DNA of 64,000 bases from Acidobacteriota bacterium (GTDB lineage: Bacteria > Acidobacteriota > UBA6911 > RPQK01 > JADFOI01). The notes under the pieces are model-generated. The model was not told the DNA's origin. It saw only the letters and a program-made list of their open reading frames with translations, and searched no databases. A program made the translations under genes and the position numbers. Below, piece after piece: positions 56,602 through 64,000 of this stretch (position 1 is the stretch's first letter; each line of letters opens with the position of its first letter). The stretch spans positions 2,080,001 through 2,144,000 of the forward strand of contig OY760074.1 in the NCBI GenBank assembly GCA_963663035.1. Reading direction: 5' to 3'.

Positions 56602-56629
56602 GCTAGCGTTTGGTCACAGCTCAAATTTA

Positions 56630-57196
56630 ATGAAGGAGACAACCATGAATACTTTACAACGACTATCTGTTTTCCCAGTGCTCTTACTCTGCCTGCTTGT
56701 GACGGGCTGCACCGAAACCCAAGCCAGCGACCCGGAACTCATCGCCGAAGCTGAGAGCGCTGCTCCAGAATCTGTGACAAAGAACGCCACCATCAAGACG
56801 GCGGAAGGCAGAGTGCTGAGGGAGGGATCGAACAGCTGGACCTGCTACCCTGGTTCGGGGACCATTGGCCCCATGTGCAACGAGTCTCAGTGGGACGATC
56901 TCATCGGAGCCGTTATGACCAAGGCACCTATAGACGTTCAGAAGTTCAGCCTGTCCTATATGATGGCTGGCGAGGGAGAGGCCCTTGGCGCCAGTAACGT
57001 AGATCCCTTCGCTCCCGAGCCCACGGACGACAACCAGTGGGTCAAGGAAGGGCCGCACCTGATGATCCTGGTGCCGGATCAAGCGATACTCGAGGGGATG
57101 TCTACTGACCCGGCGGATCCTGTCTATGTGATGTGGAAGAGCACCCCCTACGCCCACATAATGGTGAAGGTCGGAGAAGAAGAGCAGACCAGGTAA
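56630..57196 (+). CDS. Hypothetical lipoprotein
   Basis: AAGGAG RBS, LVTGC lipobox, conserved-looking SAAP...LR.G.N.WTC...PMC...GPHLM. Confidence 0.75.
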   Translation: MKETTMNTLQRLSVFPVLLLCLLVTGCTETQASDPELIAEAESAAPESVTKNATIKTAEGRVLREGSNSWTCYPGSGTIGPMCNESQWDDLIGAVMTKAPIDVQKFSLSYMMAGEGEALGASNVDPFAPEPTDDNQWVKEGPHLMILVPDQAILEGMSTDPADPVYVMWKSTPYAHIMVKVGEEEQTR

Positions 57197-57242
57197 CGGG
57201 ACCATCACCTGATCTCTTGGGCAAGGCCAAGATTTTCCCCTG

Positions 57243-57271
57243 GCGGTCAGCTGTCAGGGGTCAGCGGTTAG
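57243..57271. repeat. Short heptamer array (reverse CTGAC-NN type)
   Basis: gcggtca gctgtca ggggtca gcggtta. Confidence 0.7.
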
Positions 57272-57554
57272 TGGGCTCCAGATTCATCCGCCGCAGCAAG
57301 TCAGTGAAGCGAGGGTCGTCGCGGAGGGGGTCCCAGTAAGCCGCTACGCAAGGATAACTTATAATACTGTCGTGCCTCGTAGGCTTTCTCTAACCACTCG
57401 AAGGCAGGAATTTCAGCACTCCATTGCGGCCTGGCCTGGTGTCCTCAGCCTTGTAGACCACACCCATCCCTCCACGACCCAATTTCTCTGTGATTCGGGG
57501 AAGTCACCGGTGGCTTCCCCTATTTATCCTGGTTAAGGTAGACTTTGACTTTAG

Positions 57555-57626
57555 GCCGGCGTAGCTCAACGGTAGAGCGACGCATTCGTAATGCGTAGGT
57601 TAGGGGTTCAATTCCCTTCGCCGGCT
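57555..57626 (+). tRNA. tRNA-Thr(CGT), CCA not encoded
   Basis: GCCGGCGTAGCTCAACGGTAGAGC...TTCGTAA...GGTTCAATTCC...CGCCGGCT. Confidence 0.95.
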
Positions 57627-57714
57627 CCGGTGTCTGCAATGGGTGAGCTGCATCTGTCCTGGATCTGAAAACGGCCTTTAGATCCGTGTCAACTCGCAGG
57701 GGAAGGATTGTCTG

Positions 57715-58068
57715 TTGAATAAGGAACAAAGGGAAGATACGCGGATTGAAGTACAAATGACGGGAGAGGCTATTCTTAACATCCAGGGAAAAGAATCCAA
57801 ACAGGGAAAAGAATCCAAAATGGCCGTGAGGGCTAAGAATATTAGTGCATGGGGTGCCTTCTGCCTGACAGATAGTCGCCCCAGTTCCGGTGACGAGGTC
57901 GAGTTACAGCTCGGCTGGGCCCCTGAAGACAAGCAGGCACAAATAATGTTTAAGGCTAACGGAACCATTGTCCGGGTCGAGGTGCTGCCAGGAGAGGGGT
58001 ACGGCTTTGCCGTTGAATTCGCCGACATTCCGATTCTTGAGGGAGAATCTGACCTCCCATTCGCCTAG
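57715..58068 (+). CDS. Stand-alone PilZ-domain protein
   Basis: EQREDTR, NISAWGA, G.IVRV, GFAVEF. Confidence 0.8.
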   Translation: MNKEQREDTRIEVQMTGEAILNIQGKESKQGKESKMAVRAKNISAWGAFCLTDSRPSSGDEVELQLGWAPEDKQAQIMFKANGTIVRVEVLPGEGYGFAVEFADIPILEGESDLPFA

Positions 58069-58114
58069 CCGGGGAGTGAAGGGATCTGACCCTGAAGGAG
58101 CAGTTTCCTCGCCC

Positions 58115-58558
58115 TTACAACCCTTCGGATTGGGCCAACTCTTTCCTCTCCTCCCGAATAGCCTGGCAGGCATCCTTGATTGAGTTCCCCAAGCTACGGG
58201 TCGAGCCGCTGAAAATAGCATCACCTTCTTCATTGAAAACGGCTACTTTGTTGTCCTTTCGAGCGATACCCTTGCCGCCTTCGTGGTCCAGAAGTATGAC
58301 GTAATTGGCTTTTTCCTTCCGAATGGTCACTGTCAGTTCCGGGCAGCGCTCGTTGAAGGTCTTGATGATCTCAGCTGTTTGAGGCCGAGCTCCTCCACGA
58401 GTGGACCCGCCACCACTTCCATCATTGCCATAGAAGCCTCCGCTCACCGCCCACGAATCACTGTCGGTGACATAGATTCGAATCTTTTCATCCGCCCCAT
58501 ACACTGCCACGTTCAAGCCGAGTAAAAGAGCAATGAGTGGCAGACAGTATTTGTTCAT
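58115..58558 (-). CDS. Hypothetical secreted protein
   Basis: GGAGGTG RBS, signal peptide, Cys pair; ARPQTAEIIKTF..RCP. Confidence 0.7.
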   Translation of the reverse strand: MNKYCLPLIALLLGLNVAVYGADEKIRIYVTDSDSWAVSGGFYGNDGSGGGSTRGGARPQTAEIIKTFNERCPELTVTIRKEKANYVILLDHEGGKGIARKDNKVAVFNEEGDAIFSGSTRSLGNSIKDACQAIREERKELAQSEGL

Positions 58559-58719
58559 GATCTTCACCTCCAACTATTTTCATGTTACCAAGAAAGCCCC
58601 GGATCCTGTGATGAGACCCTGGCCACTGGCCGGGATTATTCATTAGTCTGCGCCTGGGCTGAGCGCCTCAGGGTTGAAGATAGGGTGCACAGGGCGTTAC
58701 TCTGTCTTTAGGATGGAAA

Positions 58720-59394
58720 ATGAGTGAAAAGGGTACTCGAAACCTCAACCATTACTTGAAAGCCGGTTTGGCATTATCTATTCAAGAAAAGTCAAGGGAG
58801 GCCCTCGCGGCCACTGTTTCAACAGTCTCCCCAAGGAGCCTCTCCCTGGAGCTCTCGGGACCCCTCTCGGAAACCCCCTTCCAAAGCGGGGAGCGAGTTT
58901 GGATCAAATACTGGGATGAAGGGTCCGTTGTCTATCGCTGGGAGGCACAGATTGTCAAGATCCACGGTCCCGGAAATCGAAAGGTGAACCTTTCGATCAC
59001 CAGGCAGAAAGTCACAGCACAGCGGAGGAAGTCCTACAGAGTCCGTGTGCAAGTCTCCTTGTCTGGCACCGTGATTGACGCCGACGACAGTGAACTCATC
59101 GGCACCAAGGTTGTTGACTGCAAGACCAAAAATGTCAGCGTGGCCGGTCTGGCCTTTGACACCAAGCTTCCACTTCAAGTGGGGGACAAATTGGAGCTGA
59201 ACCTTGAGTTGCCCTCCTCAGAAAAGTTGAATGCCGTGGGATGGGTTGTGCGCTCGGATCCAGCCAAACAAAAGGAATACAGGGGCACCATGATTGTGAG
59301 AGATATCTACTCCATTGCAGTGGAGTTCCTTCAGCCGGAACCGAAGGAGCAGAGTCAACTCCTGCACTTCTTACGATCCCAGATGAGCCCGTAA
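58720..59394 (+). CDS. PilZ-domain protein (paralog of 36872-37687)
   Basis: IKYWDEG..VY.WEA, QRRKSYR, NVSVAG, GDKLE...NAVGWVVR. Confidence 0.87.
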   Translation: MSEKGTRNLNHYLKAGLALSIQEKSREALAATVSTVSPRSLSLELSGPLSETPFQSGERVWIKYWDEGSVVYRWEAQIVKIHGPGNRKVNLSITRQKVTAQRRKSYRVRVQVSLSGTVIDADDSELIGTKVVDCKTKNVSVAGLAFDTKLPLQVGDKLELNLELPSSEKLNAVGWVVRSDPAKQKEYRGTMIVRDIYSIAVEFLQPEPKEQSQLLHFLRSQMSP

Positions 59395-59406
59395 AAGTAT
59401 CCGCAG

Positions 59407-59612
59407 CCGGAATGATGCATAGGTTGTCGTGACGAAGTGCTGCAGGCGCCACGATGACAAGGCGTGTGAGGGGTACCCGCCACGGGTCGGGCCCCGCAGG
59501 CGTACTCTTGCAGTACGCCGAGGAGCCCAAGGGGTACCCGCTTGCGGGTCGCACAACGCAGTCAGCGTGGATGATTGCGGCACTGCAGTAGACAATTTAT
59601 GCATAATCCCGG
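59407..59612. mobile_element. MITE family A, copy 6
   Basis: TIRs CCGGAATGATGCATA / TATGCATAATCCCGG; CTAG on the right. Confidence 0.88.
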
Positions 59613-59666
59613 CTAGCTTGTGCTATGATCACCGCGACTAGTGAACCCAAACAAGGAGGGAGAGCC

Positions 59667-60164
59667 GTGAGGAAAATCGGAGTTTTTGTATTGGTCCTGG
59701 TGGGAGCGAGTGTTCTGATGGCCCACCCCCACTTTAACAAGAAGGTGATCGCTCAGCTGCCGGGAGGAGTCGAAGCCACCATCTCTTACCAGACTGTTCC
59801 AGCCAATGAACAGCATACCCAAGGCGCTGCTGTGGGAAGCTTTCTCACACCACGTTCACCCGGTTTGAACTTGTCTGGGGAACTGACAGTGGGATCGCTA
59901 ACAATCCCGGCCGGTGACTACCTCATCGGTGTCATAAAAAACGGTGCAGAGGACTGGACTCTGGCACTCTACCCCGGGCAGATAGGTCGGGGAGAGACTC
60001 CCGACAGTTCCCGGTTCATCAAGCTGGACTCCATGTTTCACAGAACCAGTGACCCCATCGAGCACCTAACGATTGACATTACCCCGGGTCACGGCAGGTT
60101 GGAGGGAAAAGCAGTTTTAATGATCAACTTTGGCACTTTGACTCTCCAGGGTGGTCTGAGCTAG
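59667..60164 (+). CDS. Secreted protein, DUF2911-like
   Basis: AGGAGG RBS before GTG 59667, signal peptide, L..G...IPAG.Y......W.L pattern. Confidence 0.65.
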   Translation: MRKIGVFVLVLVGASVLMAHPHFNKKVIAQLPGGVEATISYQTVPANEQHTQGAAVGSFLTPRSPGLNLSGELTVGSLTIPAGDYLIGVIKNGAEDWTLALYPGQIGRGETPDSSRFIKLDSMFHRTSDPIEHLTIDITPGHGRLEGKAVLMINFGTLTLQGGLS

Positions 60165-60191
60165 AAGCCCCCGCATTTCTCACGCCGGGCG

Positions 60192-60974
60192 GTGAGTTAT
60201 TGTGCTTTGAATCCGATGGTCTTGGTTGACTTTTCAAAGCGAAGTCACGAGCCGGAGATCATCGACGCTCCCCATCTCCTCAGCTCTTCCGAGTGGCTAG
60301 TTATTCTACGAGAACTCCGGATGGTCAACCGCTGGCTAGGTGGATCGAGAGCGGCTTTGCAAGAAGTCAAACCTCTCATTCAAGGAATCGCTGGGCGGGA
60401 GGCGGAACAGAGAGCGGTCGAAATCGTCGACTTTGGCAGTGGCTCGGCAGATATCCCGATAGCCCTGGTGAACTGGGCCAGGAGAAAGGGACACTCCATT
60501 CGCGTGCTGTCCGTTGACTTGGACCCCACGGTGTGCGAAATCGCCCGCCGTCAGACCCTTACCTATCCCGAGATCACGATCCTTCAAGGTGATGTGCGCA
60601 AACCTCACCTCAGGGAGAATGGTTGTGATCTCCTTTTCTGTTCGGCTTTTTTACATCATTTCACCAATGCGGAGATAGCTGGCATACTCAGGACGCTTCT
60701 CCCCAAAACCCGACAGGGGATTGTCATTAGCGATCTTCATCGGCATCCCGTTGCATACTTTAGTATTCGTCTTTTGACCTCTCTTTTTTCACGCTCACGA
60801 GCGGTACGCAATGACGGCCCTCTTTCGGTGTTGAAAGGATTCCGGCGGCCTGATATCCGGACCATTCTGGACACTGCAGGTATCCACCAAGCCAGAGTGA
60901 GGTGGCGTTGGGCATTTCGGTATGTTGTTTTCATCCCGGCAACTCCTTCTTGCCACCCTAGCTTGGTAGGATGA
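60192..60974 (+). CDS. Class I SAM-dependent methyltransferase
   Basis: RS..PE..D, VNRWLGG, DFGSGSAD, FLHHF, SDL.R, DG..SV..GF. Confidence 0.88.
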   Translation: MSYCALNPMVLVDFSKRSHEPEIIDAPHLLSSSEWLVILRELRMVNRWLGGSRAALQEVKPLIQGIAGREAEQRAVEIVDFGSGSADIPIALVNWARRKGHSIRVLSVDLDPTVCEIARRQTLTYPEITILQGDVRKPHLRENGCDLLFCSAFLHHFTNAEIAGILRTLLPKTRQGIVISDLHRHPVAYFSIRLLTSLFSRSRAVRNDGPLSVLKGFRRPDIRTILDTAGIHQARVRWRWAFRYVVFIPATPSCHPSLVG

Positions 60975-60978
60975 TCCA

Positions 60979-62331
60979 TTGATGAAAAAGCTGCTCATGG
61001 GTATCTCATCTTTGCTGGTCATCTTTCTCTTATACAGCTCGTGGAACTGGGACAGCTCGCCTCCAACGGTTCAATGGCTTGAGGCTCCTTCGACGGTAGG
61101 AATAGACAGCAGTATCATCCTGGAATTCCAGGATGAGGGAAAAGGTCTGCAATCCATTGAGGTGGCCCTGGTGAGTGGTGAGAGGCGCCGCATCGTGGTG
61201 TCCGAAACCTATGAAGCCTCCTTCTCCTGGCAACAAGGGATCACCCAGCGCTCTATCGCTCTCTCGCCTGGCACCTCGTTTGAGAAAGGTTCGCTTTCTG
61301 AAGGGACGTTTTGGCTGGAAGTGAGACTTCGCGATCAACCCAATCTTTGGTTGTGGGAGCACGACTTTTCCGAACGGCGGGCCTTTGACCTGGACCTTAC
61401 CCCACCTCAACTCCAGACACTTTCCAGCCAGCACTACATTCGTCAGGGAGGCTCAGAAGCAATCATTTATCGTGTCTCGGAGGACACGGTGGCCTCGGGA
61501 GTGCAAGTGGGAGAAAATGTTTTTGTTGGCTACCCGTTGCCGGAAAGGGGAAGAGGAGCCTATATCTGCCTTTTTGCGCTGTCCCACGACCAACCACCTG
61601 AAACCACCATGTTGGTCTGGGCACAGGACGGGGCCGGCAATCGGAATGAGATCTCTTTTTGGAAAAGGGCGTTCCCGGTGCGTTTTCGAAGTCGGGACAT
61701 CCGGTTGTCGGATTCGCTGATCAATGCAGTTGTGCCCGAGATTCTAGCCCACCAGACGGATATCACTCAGGGAGAGAGCGTTCTTGAAAGTTTTCTCGAG
61801 ATCAATGGTCCTCTGCGAAAGGTGAACCATCGTCAGATTGAGGAACTCAGCCGCCAATCCGTGGGCCGTTTATTGTGGAGTGGGGCTTTCCTGCAATTGA
61901 GCAATTCCCAAGTCGAATCTGCATTCGCAGACCACCGCACCTACTATTACCAGGGCCAGGAGGTGGATCAGCAAACCCACCTCGGCTTTGATCTGGCCTC
62001 CGTTGCTCAGGGAGCAGTGGAGTGCGCCAATGACGGGATTGTCGTCTTTGCCGGCTATCTCGGAATTTATGGCAATACGGTTATTGTGGATCACGGACTT
62101 GGGCTCCTTGCTCTTTACGGCCATCTCAGTAGCATTGAGGTCAAAGAGGGACAAGGGATCACAAAAGGTGCAATCTTGGGCCGCACGGGACAAACCGGTC
62201 TGGCCGCAGGAGACCATCTTCATTTCAGCATGATTTTACAGGGGGTCCAGGTCAATCCGCTGGAGTGGTGGGACGAAAACTGGCTTGACCAACATATTCT
62301 GGCCAAGCTGTCAGTCGACACTTTCGAGTAG
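60979..62331 (+). CDS. M23 family metallopeptidase
   Basis: HLGFD, YGN..IVDHG.GL..LYGHLS, G.TG.A.GDHLHF. Confidence 0.93.
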   Translation: MMKKLLMGISSLLVIFLLYSSWNWDSSPPTVQWLEAPSTVGIDSSIILEFQDEGKGLQSIEVALVSGERRRIVVSETYEASFSWQQGITQRSIALSPGTSFEKGSLSEGTFWLEVRLRDQPNLWLWEHDFSERRAFDLDLTPPQLQTLSSQHYIRQGGSEAIIYRVSEDTVASGVQVGENVFVGYPLPERGRGAYICLFALSHDQPPETTMLVWAQDGAGNRNEISFWKRAFPVRFRSRDIRLSDSLINAVVPEILAHQTDITQGESVLESFLEINGPLRKVNHRQIEELSRQSVGRLLWSGAFLQLSNSQVESAFADHRTYYYQGQEVDQQTHLGFDLASVAQGAVECANDGIVVFAGYLGIYGNTVIVDHGLGLLALYGHLSSIEVKEGQGITKGAILGRTGQTGLAAGDHLHFSMILQGVQVNPLEWWDENWLDQHILAKLSVDTFE

Positions 62332-62336
62332 GGAGT

Positions 62337-62537
62337 TTATTTGACCCTGTGTAAGAGACGGTGCCGCTTACTTTCAGCCAAGCAATCTTGATGGTGGCGA
62401 ATCTCTTCTAAGATTTCTTCTTTTACCTTGCCCAACCCATCGAGGTCCAACTCGATCTGCTCAAGCTCTGCTTGCAAAACGCGGATTCGGAGCTGGATTG
62501 GAAGAGCATCTTCCAAAGATAAGTGCTTTCGCTTCAT
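62337..62537 (-). CDS. Small hypothetical coiled-coil protein
   Basis: AAGGA RBS; start overlaps the VWA gene stop (ATGA coupling). Confidence 0.55.
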   Translation of the reverse strand: MKRKHLSLEDALPIQLRIRVLQAELEQIELDLDGLGKVKEEILEEIRHHQDCLAESKRHRLLHRVK

Positions 62538-63451
62538 GGATTGTCCTTAGGAGCATAATATCCTCTACGGTGGGTCACGTTCAACCTGGAGGATGCGACT
62601 CGGACTTTTATTTCTCTGAATTCACCATCACGGCTGGGGTTTGTTGAGACATAGCCGAGAGCATACTGATTTTTAATTCCTCGATTAATTCTCACAAATG
62701 CTTCTCGGAGTTCTTTCATATCCACCTTTGAATTAAAAAATAAGCCTCCCGTGCCTTCAGCAAATTTCTTGAGTTTTCCGAAGTCAGAACGGAATCTGTC
62801 GCTCTGCACCCCAATTCCATAGACCACGACATTTTCCTGCTGGGCGATTTCAAGGGCCTCGTCATCTTCCACCATGCTGTGCGTATCTGCTCCATCCGAC
62901 AGAATAACCATCACCTTTCTGCCCACTTCAGGACCAAGGAGCTCCTGTGCAGTCACCCAGATGGCGTCATAAAGCTTGGTCTGACCACCCGCTCTGATGT
63001 TCAGGATAGCACTTTCCAAGACCGAGTAGTCGTAAGTAAAGTCTTGGACCAGGTTGATCTCGCTATCAAACTGAACAACGGCAGCCAGATCCTTGTTTTT
63101 CCTCAGAGTCTGGCTCAGAAATTCGCTGGCGGCACGCTGTTCGAATTCCAGCTTATCCTTGACACTTCCACTGGTGTCAAGCAAGAGGACGAGCGTCAGG
63201 GGTTGGGCGCTATCACCCGACTCATTGTTGAAGAAATCGATTTTTTGACTGACTCCGTCCTCGAACACTTCGAACTCTTCTTGACTGAGATCAGTGATGT
63301 AGTTGCCTCGGCTATCTCGAACCATGCACAAAACATTGACGACATCCACCGCGGTTCGAATGACAGGTACGTCCTCGCTCCTGCTTTGAGGCCAGGCGCT
63401 CAAGACAGAAGCTACCAGGATGATGAGCCAGACAAAGACGGTTCGCCTCAT
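62534..63451 (-). CDS. VWA domain protein (Acidobacterial VWFA-related)
   Basis: V..VNV...V.D..G.YI.DL...F.VFEDG, LLDTSGS MIDAS, T.LYDA, SDGADT, TGG, QY.LGY. Confidence 0.9.
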   Translation of the reverse strand: MRRTVFVWLIILVASVLSAWPQSRSEDVPVIRTAVDVVNVLCMVRDSRGNYITDLSQEEFEVFEDGVSQKIDFFNNESGDSAQPLTLVLLLDTSGSVKDKLEFEQRAASEFLSQTLRKNKDLAAVVQFDSEINLVQDFTYDYSVLESAILNIRAGGQTKLYDAIWVTAQELLGPEVGRKVMVILSDGADTHSMVEDDEALEIAQQENVVVYGIGVQSDRFRSDFGKLKKFAEGTGGLFFNSKVDMKELREAFVRINRGIKNQYALGYVSTNPSRDGEFREIKVRVASSRLNVTHRRGYYAPKDNP

Positions 63452-63500
63452 TCGTCTTAGCTTACCTAAAGAACAGCAGCTCGGACAAGCGACTAGAAAA

Positions 63501-64000
63501 CTACTCCAGCACCACACATTTCTGAGTAGCCATGTAGGTGTAGATGGCAGCCGTGAGCAGGTAAAGGAAAGGGAACAACAAGACTTCCAAGCCCGTCATG
63601 CTCACAGCCAGGTCGATAACGATAGCGGGAGTCAGACTGTAGAGGGCAATGGTGAAGTACTGTTGGACAGGCAAACGAATTCCGGAACGCGCAGTCACCA
63701 ACCATCCGATGGAACTCAACATAAGCGCCCAGAGCGTTTTGACGAAGATGTTATAGAGCAAAATCAAAGAGAAAGCGGTTGGGAAATAGGCCCACTTCAC
63801 AAATGCGGTAAAGTCGACCACTCTTTGAAAAGGCCAATCCTGCCACAAAAAGGCCTCGGTCCGACCCTGATAGCGAAAAGAAAGTTTCTCTTTAGTAAAG
63901 AGAAAGGCGGGTTCCTCGAGCTGTTGTGGATCCTCGTATGTGCCTGTGGTATCAAAGACAAAAGTAATCAATTGCTTTCCGGGGTATTTCTTCACCAGAG
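63501..64000 (-). CDS. Membrane protein, DUF1189-like (5' end outside the window)
   Basis: Open frame to the window edge; C-terminal TMs with IALYSLTP. Confidence 0.65.
   Translation of the reverse strand, partial: LVKKYPGKQLITFVFDTTGTYEDPQQLEEPAFLFTKEKLSFRYQGRTEAFLWQDWPFQRVVDFTAFVKWAYFPTAFSLILLYNIFVKTLWALMLSSIGWLVTARSGIRLPVQQYFTIALYSLTPAIVIDLAVSMTGLEVLLFPFLYLLTAAIYTYMATQKCVVLE

Overview
64-kb chromosomal window from a Gram-negative bacterium, probably Acidobacteriota (inferred from the Acidobacterial-type VWA protein, pilin-like gene, two DUF5916 paralogs and archaeal-type Asd). It holds about 55 protein genes: the lysine pathway operon asd-dapB-dapA-dapD, a catabolic cluster (Mo-hydroxylase, TAXI-TRAP, UbiD, cupin), an ECF sigma/anti-sigma module, an M16 peptidase pair and four PilZ proteins. 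It also holds four tRNAs (Arg, His, Phe, Thr), two intact-looking IS elements (IS481 and IS1380 families), an integrase remnant, at least eight MITEs from three families, and several heptamer tandem arrays. The most striking unexplained element is a ~440-nt ORF-free region at 24176-24614. It has its own sigma70-type promoter, a long 5'/3' closing helix and five cUUCGg motifs, so it is a candidate large structured ncRNA, and it sits directly downstream of a cluster of DnaA boxes. The MITEs share terminal repeats with the resident IS1380 element and often insert exactly at stop codons. All calls come from reading the sequence and recalling family motifs; no database search or folding program was run.
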